From Pachysolen tannophilus NRRL Y-2460 (lineage: Eukaryota): a stretch of DNA of 64,000 bases. Positions 45,825 to 57,517 of the stretch are shown here, in pieces (within the stretch, counting starts at the first letter, position 1; every line of letters begins with the position of its first letter). The stretch covers positions 1-64,000 of the forward strand of contig KV454016.1 of the NCBI GenBank assembly GCA_001661245.1, given 5' to 3'. The notes under the pieces were generated by a model. That model did not search any database, was not told where the DNA came from, and worked only from the letters and a program-made list of their open reading frames with translations. Both the position numbers and the translations under genes were made by a program.

Positions 45825-47434
45825 TTACTTTTCATGTTTTTTCCTATTCTTTCTAGTTGTTGCATCTGCCACCAATTCTTCAAAGACTCTAACTTCTTCA
45901 TCTTCGGATTTAGTTCTTTCAACGCTCATAAAGACTTGACCCATGTATTTTAAAGCCATTGCTCTTTCCTTTCTCTTATTTATATCAACGGTTTTATCTT
46001 CCAAGATTAAGTCACATACATTTTTCAAAGTTGAGGATATTTCGAATCTTGAAGCGTTCCAAGCAGATGCTAAGATTTGTCCTATTAAATATTGCTCTAA
46101 TTCTGCAATTTCTTCTTCTGTTGGTATTTTTTCTTCTTCTTCTTCTTCTTCTTCTTTTGTATCTTTTGTATCTTTTCCAATGGTTTGTGATGTTTCTGGT
46201 TTAGTTTCTTGCTCTTCCTTGGTGATTTTTTTTATCATTTTTCTCTATTGGTTTTGATTTAATATCACTAGAATCAATATTTCCATTATTTCCTAAATTT
46301 TGTTGTTTTTGTAATAATTTTTCCCTTTTTTCTTTTAATCTATCCAATTCTTCTAAAGTCTTTTGAGCATCTAATGCGCTACTTATAGTTCTAAAAGTAT
46401 CACCAACAACATTCATTTTCAATTTCATTGACCCCCACATTCCACCAATTCCTAAAAATTTATGATTTTTCATAAATATATCACCTTTATTATAATATAT
46501 GTTACCAATAGTATGTAAAATTTCAATACCAAAACTTTCCATTTTTAATTCATTTGCATTTTCAGATATTATATTAATAAAAGATTTTGTAACATCATCT
46601 TTCTTATCAGTTTCTGTCCATAAAGAAATTTTAGTAATTAATGTTTGAGCCAATTTTTTTTCACGTTCCAATTTTTCTTTTCTTATTTGTTCATTATATT
46701 TATCTAATTCTTCTTGTTTTTTAATTTCTAATTCTTTCTTTTTCTGTTTTATAAATTCTTGTTTTTTCAATTCTAATTCTTCTGATGTTAAATTTTTAAA
46801 TTCATTAGATGATAATTTTTCATTTACATCTTTTTCAAAATCATATTCTGATAATGAAATCAGTAACAAATTTTGTTTTTTAATATTTTCATTAGCATCA
46901 GCATTAGTAGCAGTAGCAGCACCACTGCTAGTAGTATTGGTAGTTTCATCAATATCTTCAGCCTCCTTACTTTCATACTGACTATGTATTTCAGCACTCT
47001 TGGTCAACTCTTTTAACATTGTCAATTCCCCAATATAATCAACAAATGCTTCACCTCCAAATATAGTTGCAAAAAATTCATTTGGATCTTCAAAACCTTC
47101 TTTTGGAACTGCATCTTCTTTACCATATAAATCATACCTTTTCCTTAAATTACTATCACTCAACACTTGATAAGCCTCACCAATCTCTTGAAACTTTTGA
47201 GCAGCTAAAGGATCATTTGGGTTTTTATCTGGATGATGTATAATCGCTTTTTTACGATATGCTTTTTTAATTTCAATTTGTGTTGCTCAAGAGGTTAAGA
47301 GATAAATCAAGTTTCTTGTATTGTTGAATAGTTATTTAGTTTTTTTTTTTTTTTTTTTTTTATTAAGAAAAAAGAGATTAGTGATAATGGTTGTAGATAC
47401 AACTTATTATGATGTATTAGGTATATCATCAAAT
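45825..47434 (-). CDS. DJP1: Type III J-protein Djp1 (J-domain + DnaJ-X); first 16 codons inverted onto the + strand (47387-47434); frameshift at T8 run 46226-46233
   Basis: [29 protein letters not shown] on -; [16 protein letters not shown] on +; [16 protein letters not shown]-terminal [11 protein letters not shown] in the next frame. Confidence 0.88.
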
Positions 47435-47636
47435 ATCAATATTAAATATATTATATATATATATATTATTATTATATATTATATATTATATATATTTTAT
47501 TATATATTTTAATGCTCTCGTTCATATTCACAATTTAAACCTTCTTCCAAACCACTTGGTACTTTAGAACACGACCATTTTTTCTTCCTAACTAATTTCA
47601 TGTTCATCAAGTTGAACTCGAAGTTGATGTTCTAGT

Positions 47637-48368
47637 TTAAAGGTTTGATCTTCTTAGCTTTTGAGATTTGGCAGCTTCTTTTCCTTCATTGATATCTTCT
47701 GCAACTAATTGATCGGCTTTGACTCTTTTAGGGATATAGTCCAATATATTTTCCAATGTGGAATCATCTATTTTTGAAATTGGGATACGGACCATACCAT
47801 TTTCATCAGCAATTATTAAATCACCTGGATCTATTGTTTCTAAAGTTGTTTTATTTGGATAACTATTTAAAACAATTTCTAATTGAACGTTAATACCAAT
47901 TAATTTTAATACTGGTTTTGGAGCAGTTGTTCCTAAACCATAACTCATTACTGGGTATTGTAAATTATTATGTTCTTGAATATCTCTAATTCTTCCAAAT
48001 ATAATTGAACCATTACAATTTTGAAATTTTGCTCTTGTTGACATTAATCCACCATACATTGCATTATTAATACGAGTATATGGCAGATAAGGTAATTGTA
48101 AAATCTGAGTAGTTGCAATTATTAATACTGAATTTAAAGGAATTGAATCTATATAACTTTTAGATATAGCAGGTCTTGGATCATCTAATGGTGCATATAA
48201 TACCGTATAAGCTTCACCAACAATTGGTAATTCAAAATTCGATTGAACTTGTAAATTGGGGAAAAATCCACCATTTGGAAAACCATGTTTAACTAAAGAA
48301 TCTGAAATATCACATGGTGAAAATTTTTTTAAAAAATTTGTAACTCTAATTGCTTTATCTTTATTCAT
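47637..48368 (-). CDS. RraA-like 4-hydroxy-4-methyl-2-oxoglutarate aldolase (YER010C-like)
   Basis: SPCDISDSL, NAMYGGLMSTRA, GRIRD, IDPGDLIIADENG. Confidence 0.9.
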   Translation of the reverse strand: MNKDKAIRVTNFLKKFSPCDISDSLVKHGFPNGGFFPNLQVQSNFELPIVGEAYTVLYAPLDDPRPAISKSYIDSIPLNSVLIIATTQILQLPYLPYTRINNAMYGGLMSTRAKFQNCNGSIIFGRIRDIQEHNNLQYPVMSYGLGTTAPKPVLKLIGINVQLEIVLNSYPNKTTLETIDPGDLIIADENGMVRIPISKIDDSTLENILDYIPKRVKADQLVAEDINEGKEAAKSQKLRRSNL

Positions 48369-48636
48369 CTTTTACAATAAACTCAATAAACGAAAAAAAA
48401 AATTAATAATAAGAAACAAATTTTTATTTAATTATTTAATTTATCGGTCAGTTGGATTAACTGAATTAAAAAAGTAAAAAAAGTTTCAAATTAAAATTGT
48501 ATTAGTCTGAATTTAATGTTTTTATGAGATGCACTGTTACTTATACAATCTGTACTCCATATTGATCTTCTGCTGTCCTTCTGCATCTGTGTCATGTGTC
48601 ATGTGTTATGTGTTGCACCGTGTTTTTAAAGACAAA

Positions 48637-48824
48637 TGTCACTTCTCATGTTTTGTTGGACATGTCACTTTTTTCTTTGCCCTTTTTTCTGTCACTTTTT
48701 TCTGTCACTTTTTTTTTGTCACTTTTTTTTGTCACTTTTTTTTTGTCACTTCTCATGTCACTTTTGTTTTGTGCCCTTTTATGTGTCGTTAATTTTTTTT
48801 TTTCTGTCACTCTTGTGACAGAAA
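48637..48824 (+). repeat. TGTCAC-poly(T) motif array ending in a palindrome
   Basis: TGTCAC at 48637, 48663, 48690, 48703, 48717, 48730, 48744, 48756, 48805; TTTCTGTCAC-TCTT-GTGACAGAAA at 48801-48824. Confidence 0.85.
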
Positions 48825-49640
48825 TTTTTTCAGCCACTTTTCCCACAATTTATCCTTTTTATTCATATGTCCCCACTGATGTCAATTATCTTACTGGCTT
48901 AAATTAATTGCGGCTTGCTGTACCCGATCGAGGTTATTAATATTTCCCAAAAAGGGAAATAGTCTATAATTTGCTTACGATTACAAGAGGTGCTTGGGGG
49001 GTAGAGGGGGTGAGATAGAACAAAGAAAAAAGCACTTTCTTTCTTTTACTTAAAGAAGACCCGTATTAACCGGTTATCTTTCCTTTCCTTCTTTACTGTC
49101 CGATTTTGTTTTATTGTTTTTGTTTTTGTTTATTTTTTTTTTATTTTTTTATCTTTGCCAAATCCGAAAATGAAGGGGATCGAGGCAGGTCAGTTCCAGG
49201 CCGTTTCGTTTCAAGTCGTAAGAGTATAACTTAACTTATCTTGTGTGTTGTTGATTCTTTTTCTATTTTTCTTTTCTTTGGTAAACTAATTTTAAAAGGG
49301 TTCTTGTTAAAATTGTTATTATTATTTATCATAATCATCATCATCATCATCATCATCATAATCATTATTTCTTCTTCCTTTTTTTTTCTTTTTCTTTTTT
49401 AGTTTATAGATTTCAAACTAAAAAAAAATAAAATAAAAAAAAATTATATTTTTCATTTTGTTTGTTTCTTTCTTTGTCTCTTTGCATTAATTTTTTATTT
49501 TATTTCATTTTATTTTATGGCTTTTGGGGTTTAATTATTGGGTTTGTTGGGTTGTATTTTATTTTTTTTTTTAAAACTATTGCTATTAAATTTATTATTT
49601 TGATAATTTTTTTCAAATCATTAAAGCTTTAAGTAAAAGA

Positions 49641-51728
49641 ATGGAGTGTGTGACAAGTTCAAATTCATCAACTATTGTAAATAGGGGAAATTCATATCTT
49701 CCTCCTTATAGATCATTATTAACACCTAATGTTAAATATGATTATCAATTACACAAGAAAATCCAATTGACAGATGAGGAGTTACAAAGTAAGATCAAAT
49801 CAAATCGACAAAAACATTCGAATAATAATAGTAGTCATAATAATAATAATAATAATAATAATGGTAATGGTAATACAACTACAAAGAATCATCATTTGAA
49901 AATGAAATATAAATCATTAATCACTGATACAAAGAAAAAATTAAAATTTAATGGGGATTTATTTTCATTAAATTCAACAACTAGAACTTCAACAAGAACT
50001 TCAACAGGTCCTTCTTCAATTTTTAATCATCGGTTGAATTCAATTAAAAGTAATACACCAAAAGCTACTTTCCAATCTTTACCAAATGAAGTATTATCAT
50101 TAGTATTTTGGCAATTATTAGGAGATCAAAAAATTTTAGTTAATTGCTTATATGTTTGTAAAAAATTTTCTAAATTGGTAAAACCTGTTTTATATTATAA
50201 TCCTTATTTAACTACAACATATAGAGTTGGTCAATTTGTTACAACTTTACAAAATAATCAAACTTTAGGTAAACATGTGAAAATTTTAAATTTAAGCTTA
50301 TTAGTTCCTGGTATTGAAGATGATCATGAAGAAATTGATATTTTCCAATTGATTTATAATCATGGTTTAGAAACTTTAGATGATGATTTCTTGGATTCAA
50401 ATAATAGAAATATGGATATCTTGGAAACTCCTGCACGTGCAAGTTGGAGAGATTGGAAATATAGGGATAATACCTTATATAGTAGAAGACCTTCAGCAAG
50501 GCCTCCATTAACTTTACAATTAACAAATTCAACATTGGTTTCAAATGGTAGTAATTGTAATAGCAGTATCAATAGTAATAATTATCTTAATGCAGGTACA
50601 AAATCAAAATATTATAATAGATCAAGAACAAATTCTGATGCAACTCTTGTTAGACAAAGTGGTGAATTTTATGAAATGTATCGAAGCTTTAGTTCTTTAT
50701 TATCCCTGAATAAACAAGAAAAAAATGGGAAAAATTTAAGAAAAGGTGTTAAAAGATTTTTATCTAAAAATAAAGATAGAATTCAAAATCTTGTTCAAAA
50801 AGATGGTTTTGCAATTAAGGAAGAAGATGATACTAAAATTCAAAATACTAGTAGTAGTGGTAGTAGTAGTAACAATAACAATAATAATGGTAATGGTAAT
50901 GATACTTGTGATTCAGGTGAAAGTTCTAAGGTTTCTAAAAATGGAGTAACATTTAAAATTCAAAGAAGACCTTTTTATCAACCATTTACCATTGATCATC
51001 CTTTACAAAATAGATTTTTAAGAAAATATAGTTTTATTAAAGATTTACCAATTGGTTATATTATTCATATGTTAAGGATTTGTGATTCAATTGTGGAATT
51101 AAATTTGGATAATTTATCCTTATCAACTGATTATCAAATTTTAGCAAATAATGATACCACTAGAGAAAGAGAAAGAAATGTTTTAAGCAATAATAATAGT
51201 ATGTTATCATTTGATAGTTATCCTGGATATAATATTCAAAGTTTAATTCCTGATACCACTGGAATTACTAGTTTTATTAATACTAAAGAAGAAGATGATA
51301 AATTTGCTCCTCATTATAAAACACCAAATTTAAAAGCATGTTCTAAAATAGATTTAGAAACAAGTCCAATTTTTTTAAGCGATGTTGGTATTTCTAGTAT
51401 TCATGATAAGAAAAAATATTTTCAATTTGAAAAAATTAATTGTGATGATTTAGTTTCATTAATTTCAAATTTAAAAGGTTTACGTAAATTATCAACTCAA
51501 AATTGTTTCTGGTTAAACAAAAATTTGATTTTAAAATTTATTAAGCTGCAAAAAGAAAATAGGAAAATGAAAATTGATTTCAAAAATGCAGGCATGAATA
51601 AAAATTCTTTATGGAGTATTGAAGGTGAATTAGGAGATGTTATTGAATCGTTTAAAAAGGAAAAAAGAAGTTTAAGAAATTGGGAAAGAATGTATGTCAT
51701 GATTAACAGAATTGGAGAAGACTACTAA
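49641..51728 (+). CDS. COS111: F-box protein, Cos111-like
   Basis: F-box FQSLPNEVLSLVF; TYRVGQFVTTL; ASWRDWKYR; KDLPIGYIIH. Confidence 0.75.
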   Translation: MECVTSSNSSTIVNRGNSYLPPYRSLLTPNVKYDYQLHKKIQLTDEELQSKIKSNRQKHSNNNSSHNNNNNNNNGNGNTTTKNHHLKMKYKSLITDTKKKLKFNGDLFSLNSTTRTSTRTSTGPSSIFNHRLNSIKSNTPKATFQSLPNEVLSLVFWQLLGDQKILVNCLYVCKKFSKLVKPVLYYNPYLTTTYRVGQFVTTLQNNQTLGKHVKILNLSLLVPGIEDDHEEIDIFQLIYNHGLETLDDDFLDSNNRNMDILETPARASWRDWKYRDNTLYSRRPSARPPLTLQLTNSTLVSNGSNCNSSINSNNYLNAGTKSKYYNRSRTNSDATLVRQSGEFYEMYRSFSSLLSLNKQEKNGKNLRKGVKRFLSKNKDRIQNLVQKDGFAIKEEDDTKIQNTSSSGSSSNNNNNNGNGNDTCDSGESSKVSKNGVTFKIQRRPFYQPFTIDHPLQNRFLRKYSFIKDLPIGYIIHMLRICDSIVELNLDNLSLSTDYQILANNDTTRERERNVLSNNNSMLSFDSYPGYNIQSLIPDTTGITSFINTKEEDDKFAPHYKTPNLKACSKIDLETSPIFLSDVGISSIHDKKKYFQFEKINCDDLVSLISNLKGLRKLSTQNCFWLNKNLILKFIKLQKENRKMKIDFKNAGMNKNSLWSIEGELGDVIESFKKEKRSLRNWERMYVMINRIGEDY

Positions 51729-52209
51729 AAGAAAAAAATTAAGAAAAGTTAATTTTTTTTTCTTACCTATACGAATCCCATAACCCTCTGTGATTTGTCG
51801 TTTTTTATTTTATTTTATTTTCTTTTCTTTTCAATCATTATATATAGAAGTAATATAGCTATTTTTTCAATAGTTAACGAAAGTACTTTTTATGCAATAT
51901 TATGCATTATAATAGTACCAACATGAAACTCTAACTCTTTCGTCCATGAAATATCAATTATCCCAAAGAGGAAACTTTTTTTTTTATTTTGAACTTGAAT
52001 TTGATTTATCTATTTTAAATACTTTTCTTGTTTACCCGCTAAGTATAGAAAACCAAAATGACAGACTTAAAAGTACTTAAAAGTAGACACGTCACATGAT
52101 CTGCTCTGCCACCGTGTCAATTTTGAAGAAAACTAAGAAAAACACCCGTAAAAATTAAAAAAAAATAAAATGACAGATTGGTCATACTTATTGACACGCT
52201 TTTTGTTGG

Positions 52210-52245
<36 letters not shown>

Positions 52246-52451
52246 NNNNNNNNNNNNNNNNNNNNNNNNNNNNNNNNNNNNNNNNNNNNNNNNNNNNNNN
52301 NNNNNNNNNNNNNNNNNNNNNNNNNNNNNNNNNNNNNNNNNNNNNNNNNNNNNNNNNNNNNNNNNNNNNNNNNNNNNNNNNNNNNNNNNNNNNNNNNNNN
52401 NNNNNNNNNNNNNNNNNNNNNNNNNNNNNNNNNNNNNNNNNNNNNNNNNNN
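52246..52451. other. Assembly gap (N run) flanked by long poly(T)
   Basis: Run of n characters. Confidence 0.99.
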
Positions 52452-52483
<32 letters not shown>

Positions 52484-52504
52484 CAAATTTTTTTTTTTTG
52501 GCGT

Positions 52505-52515
52505 TGAAAAATTTT
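52505..52515 (+). promoter_or_regulatory. RRPE element upstream of eIF3L
   Basis: TGAAAAATTTT about 140 bp upstream of the ATG. Confidence 0.55.
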
Positions 52516-52646
52516 TCCAATTTTGGTAGAGAAATAAAGAGAGAGAAAAGTTGTTGTATAATAATTGTATGAAAGATTGATAAATTTAATTAAAAATAAT
52601 TTAATTTTAATATTATTGACGAGTTAAATAGGATAAGGATAAGGAT

Positions 52647-54419
52647 ATGTCTAGGGATATTGAGCTGCAACAGCAATTTGAGGATGATTCATTTGATGAT
52701 GATGAATTGGTTGTGATTAATGATGAATTAACAAATGGGAATGTTTCTTCTGGAAATTCACTGTCAAATTCTTCCAAAATTCCAGATGTTATTGTTAAAT
52801 TTATTAATTTATGGCATAAAGCATTTTTAACAAATAATTCATATTTATTATATGGTTGTTATTCTAATAATTTGAATAAAGTTTTTGATAAATTTTATAA
52901 AAATACTTCTTATCCATCACCAATTGAAATTGCACCAATTGTTAATAATGATCAAATTTTCATTATTTTATATTCAGAATGTTATTATAGACATATTTAT
53001 GCAAAATTAAGTCCAAGTCTTGAAGTTAGAACTTCATCTTTTAATAATTATTGTAATTTATTTAATTTGATTTTAAATAATCCAAGTGGACCTGTTTCTT
53101 TTGAATTACCAAATAAATGGCTTTGGGATATTGTTGATGAATTTATTTATCAATTTAATCAATTTCAAGTTTATAAATCAAAATTATTAAATAAATCAAA
53201 TCATTCACAAGATGAAATTTTAGAATTGGAATATTTACAAGATAATCAAGAAGTATGGTCAACTTATTCTGTTTTAAATGCTTTATATTCATTAGTTGGT
53301 AGATCAAATATGGTTGATCAATTAAAATTAATGAGATTAGGTAAAAATATTTCAAAAGAAATAAGTGGAGAATATGGTTCTTTACCTTTATATAAAAATT
53401 TAGGTTATTTTTCAATTATTGGATTATTAAGAATTCATACAATTTTAGGTGATTATACTTTAGCTTTAAAAACAATTGAACATATTGAATTAAATAAAAA
53501 AGCATTTTTCACAAAAATTCCAGGTTGCCATTTTACAACTTATTATTATGTTGGTTTTTGCTTTATGATGATGAATAGATATCAAGATGCAATTAAATCT
53601 TTTCAACATATTTTATTATACATTTCTAGAACTAAAAATTTATATAATAAAATGGGTAATAGTTATGATATAATTACTAAAAAATCAGAGCAAATGTTTG
53701 CATTATTAACTATATGTATTTCATTATGTCCAACAAGGTTAGATGATATTTTACATCAACAATTAAAAGAAAAATTTGGTGATCAATTACAAAAAATTAC
53801 AAGACCAGAAAATAAAGATTTAATATTAGATACTTTTGAAGAATTATTTAAATTTGGTGCTCCAAGATTTATTGATTCAAATATTTCTTTAACTAATAAA
53901 TTTGATCATTCAATATCAAATAATCTGAATTTTGATCCATTATTAAAACATTGGAAAATTTTTAAATTATCAATATTGAAAAATTTAAATACTCCAAATT
54001 TAAAATTTTATTTGAATTTATATTCATCATTAGAATTAACAAAATTACTAAAACTTATGGATTTAAGAAGTGAACAAGAATTAAATGAACTCTTGTTATC
54101 TTTTAAATTGAATAATAGACAGTTGAAATTACAATCTCTGCAAAATTATGAACAAAAATCCCAACAACTGGATCAACAACAACTGCAAGATTCTTCTTCT
54201 TCAAATCTTTCCCATGAGGACGAATATACAGCTTCATTACTCAATGGTACTTTTAAAACTATCTACGATATAGATATTAAGGTCGATGGTGATCACGTAA
54301 ATGTCTTGAATTTTAAAAGTTCAAGAAAATATGGTGATTGGTTTATCAGAAATCTGTACAAAAATTATGGAGTCATTGATTACATTAATAACCTAGATAG
54401 TACTAAAACTGAAAAATAA
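52647..54419 (+). CDS. EIF3L: Translation initiation factor eIF3 subunit L (Paf67 family)
   Basis: FIILYSECYYRHIYA, LPNKWLWDIVDEFIYQF, LYKNLGYFSIIGLLRIHTILGDY, TYYYVGFCFMMM. Confidence 0.92.
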   Translation: MSRDIELQQQFEDDSFDDDELVVINDELTNGNVSSGNSLSNSSKIPDVIVKFINLWHKAFLTNNSYLLYGCYSNNLNKVFDKFYKNTSYPSPIEIAPIVNNDQIFIILYSECYYRHIYAKLSPSLEVRTSSFNNYCNLFNLILNNPSGPVSFELPNKWLWDIVDEFIYQFNQFQVYKSKLLNKSNHSQDEILELEYLQDNQEVWSTYSVLNALYSLVGRSNMVDQLKLMRLGKNISKEISGEYGSLPLYKNLGYFSIIGLLRIHTILGDYTLALKTIEHIELNKKAFFTKIPGCHFTTYYYVGFCFMMMNRYQDAIKSFQHILLYISRTKNLYNKMGNSYDIITKKSEQMFALLTICISLCPTRLDDILHQQLKEKFGDQLQKITRPENKDLILDTFEELFKFGAPRFIDSNISLTNKFDHSISNNLNFDPLLKHWKIFKLSILKNLNTPNLKFYLNLYSSLELTKLLKLMDLRSEQELNELLLSFKLNNRQLKLQSLQNYEQKSQQLDQQQLQDSSSSNLSHEDEYTASLLNGTFKTIYDIDIKVDGDHVNVLNFKSSRKYGDWFIRNLYKNYGVIDYINNLDSTKTEK

Positions 54420-54560
54420 AAAAACCCACACCCACACCTACACACATACACACTAGTTAGTCATTAATTCAATCTAATGATATATATATATATCCTCAAT
54501 CTTTTGTTTTATTCTTCATTTACTTTTGAATTTGTAGTAAAAATCGAAAAATATAAAAAT

Positions 54561-54628
54561 CTCATCTCAATTATTATGCAATTCTCTTTTAACTTGAAAA
54601 ATTTATTTTTCAAAAAGTGAAAAATTTT
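54561..54628. promoter_or_regulatory. PAC and RRPE ribosome-biogenesis elements upstream of RPA34
   Basis: CTCATCTC (reverse complement GAGATGAG) 54561-54568 and TGAAAAATTTT 54618-54628. Confidence 0.65.
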
Positions 54629-54788
54629 TTTTTTAATTTTTTTTTTTTTTTTTTTTTTATGAAATTTTATAGAAAAGAACAAGATTGGGTTTTAAACAAA
54701 GGTTTATTTGAAATAATTGTATTGATTGTTGATTAAGTGATTGAGTGATTTCATCTGTGTAAGGTTATTGTTGTTATAAGTTGAGGAT

Positions 54789-55508
54789 ATGTCATCTTCA
54801 AAGACGAAATCGTATTTATCGAACGAATATATATCGGATTCGGAATCATCTGGTGATGAAGTTGAACAAGAATTTCAACCTCCAAAGAATTTTGAAGAGT
54901 TGACATCGAAACAAACATCTAAGGTTGATTTTAAAAATAAAGAAGTTTGGTTATTCAAATTGCCAAAAGGTTTGAATTTGAAAGGGTTATCTGGGATACC
55001 TATATCGTTTGATTTTAATTCATCAACAGTTTTCACAACACCCAATGATAATAAGCAATATAGTTTACAAGAAGATATATCTCAAGAAGATTTAACTTCT
55101 AAATCGAAAAATTCCAAGTATACAATTCTTTCTTCATCTAAGAAAGAACCAGCTTTTAAAGTATTGAAAAATAAACCAATAAATAGATTTTATACTATAT
55201 CTGAAAAAGTTTCAATTCCTGATATAAATTTTGAAAAAGCAAGAATTCAAAGGAAAAATGTGATAAAAGAAGAAAATTTAAGAATGAGACATTTCCCAAC
55301 AGGTTACAGTGCTAAAGATTTTAAAGAAGCTCAAATCTTGGGAAAAGAATCTAGTGAAGAACCTGAAATGGAAATATTTGAAGATGCAAAAGAGGAACAA
55401 GATGAAAAAGAGTTTAAGGTACCTAAACAAGAGCAAGTAACAAAAAAATCTAAAAAGGAGAAAAAAGATAAAAAGGATAAGAAATCCAAGAAACATTCAT
55501 CAAAATAA
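54789..55508 (+). CDS. RPA34: RNA polymerase I subunit A34.5
   Basis: LSNEYISDS, EVWLFKLPKG, LRMRHFPTGY, Lys-rich tail. Confidence 0.88.
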   Translation: MSSSKTKSYLSNEYISDSESSGDEVEQEFQPPKNFEELTSKQTSKVDFKNKEVWLFKLPKGLNLKGLSGIPISFDFNSSTVFTTPNDNKQYSLQEDISQEDLTSKSKNSKYTILSSSKKEPAFKVLKNKPINRFYTISEKVSIPDINFEKARIQRKNVIKEENLRMRHFPTGYSAKDFKEAQILGKESSEEPEMEIFEDAKEEQDEKEFKVPKQEQVTKKSKKEKKDKKDKKSKKHSSK

Positions 55509-55630
55509 TGTGATGGAATTGCATTATATACTACATAAAACAAAGATTATATAATTAATATTTAGTATTTTTTTTTTTTTTTTTTTTATTGGTTTGGGTT
55601 TGGGTTTCATCTTTTGACTTTGACTTTTGC

Positions 55631-57289
55631 CTATAATTCTTCGAGATCCAGTTCGAATTTCTGCTGTTTCAATATAGCTTGCTTTGTATCTTCATCCACA
55701 ATGTCATTGAATAATTCTAATGGAACATCCTTCAAACCTGTATTTAAACCACCTAAATTTCCTTTCAAACGTGTTTCAAAAATTAATTTTTTTGTAGTTT
55801 TATCATCTAATTTTTTAAAACTAGAATGACTTGGTTGTGTTAATTGAGGCACCATTTTTATTGAAGTGTAAGAATCTCTTATTGGTTTTCTTGTACTAAT
55901 ACCTAAATCAGCATTATAATTTAAAACTGCTAATGCAGATTCATAAATCCAATTTTCTTTATATTTTGATTTTCTTAATTCAATATTTGGTGGTTGATGA
56001 TGAAGTACAACTTTATTTAAAGAAGGTTCTTGATATCCATAAGGTAAAGGTGGCTCTGATAATTGACCATATCTTTCATCAGTTTCTGGAACAGTTTTAT
56101 AATCATCAATTCCAACTCTACCATTTTCAACTATATCACAACCAAATTCTCTAAAACAAGAACGAGCAGTTACTAATCCAATAACTCTTGCCTTATAAGA
56201 CAATGGCATCAAATTTCTATCCACCAAGTCTGTCTTTTGTCTATCACTAATGATATATTTATAGAGAAATTTATGTTTTTGGAAAAATAAATAAGAATCT
56301 CTAAATCCCATCATTCTTGCCACTTCTGTAGAGAGCATATATAATGTATCACCACGATCTTTAACGGTAAAATTTTTAATTCTATACCTTCTTCCACCTT
56401 TTAAATGACCATTTGGTTCAACTTTTTTTTCTCCATTTTCATCAACTGGTAAAACAACCTCATCATTTTTAACTTCCAATTTTTTACCATTTTCATCAAC
56501 CAATTCAGGTGGTGGTTTCCTACCACGTAGCCATGTAGCAGTTCCAGGACGAGGCCCTGGTTTATGTCTCTTTCTATTATTAGACAGTTTACGCAGAGGT
56601 TTCAGTTCTTTACCGTCATCTCCTTCACCATGTTCTTTTGAATCTTCATCGTCGTGATCTTCATCTTCCTCTTCTGGGTCTCCGTCTCCATCTCCATCTT
56701 CTGGATCTTCTTCTGGATCGTCTTCTTCCGGATCTTCTTCTTCTGGATCTTCTTCTTCTCCATCCACATCGCTCTGCTCGACTTCATCATGATCCATCTC
56801 TTCCTCATCACCATCTTCCTCTTCATCCTCATCCAACAGACTAGCTTTTCTTTTCAACTTCTCCCTCGATAACGACTGTTTCCTCTTACTAGCAGAAGCT
56901 CTACTCAGCCGCCTCAAGTGTGGAAGCTCTTCCTCTTCTTCTTCTACTTCTTCTTCTAAATCATCATCTCCATTATCTTTCTCTTCCACTCCATCATCAT
57001 TATGAATTGGTTCATCTTCCTTATACTCATCATCACCATCTTCTTCTTCCTCATCCTCTCCATTCTTCCTATTCCTATTTCCACTCACTCTCTGAATTCT
57101 TGAATTTGACCTTGCTGTTCAAATAAATTCAAATTAAAGAAAAAAAATTTTTTTTTTCATAGTTAGTCAATGTTAATGTTTATTATTATTCTCTAAATCC
57201 ATCATTAAAATTAACAAATACATACTCGGTCTTCTTGGACTTTTTTGTACATCCTGTGATGCCTGTCTACGAGTCCTACCAAACGGCAT
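55631..57289 (-). CDS. NPL6: RSC subunit Npl6/Rsc7 (Rsc7/Swp82 family); intron 57225-57115
   Basis: GEKKV..NGHLKGGR, YMLSTEVARMMGFRDSYLFF, VTARSCFREFG; exon 1 MPFGRTRRQ.. then GTATGT..GACTAAC..CAG in frame. Confidence 0.88.
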
Positions 57290-57517
57290 ACTCTCACTTC
57301 CAAACTCGATAAATTGCCTCCGCAATAATATTAATTATCTTTTCTACCGTATTAATATTTATTATTACTATAAAATTAAAAACACCAAAAAAAGAGACAA
57401 ACAAAAATTTAATATGAAAAAAAAAAATTATCAATTTAAAACTAATTGATTTTTTGAGCACGACTAGTATTTTTCTACTATAATTTCCAACCGACGACGA
57501 CAAGAGGAGCAATGTGA

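Noticed and set aside
47637..48368. HMG aldolase as part of the aromatic pathway (protocatechuate 4,5-cleavage)
   Set aside because: 18 kb from the cluster among housekeeping genes, host-like AT bias, no GTCCAC motif; family is widespread in yeasts
48529..48907. Four overlapping short ORFs
   Set aside because: Produced by the stop-poor TGTCAC/T-tract array
52133..52529. ORFs spanning poly-K/poly-F/X
   Set aside because: Artefacts of the N gap and flanking poly(T)
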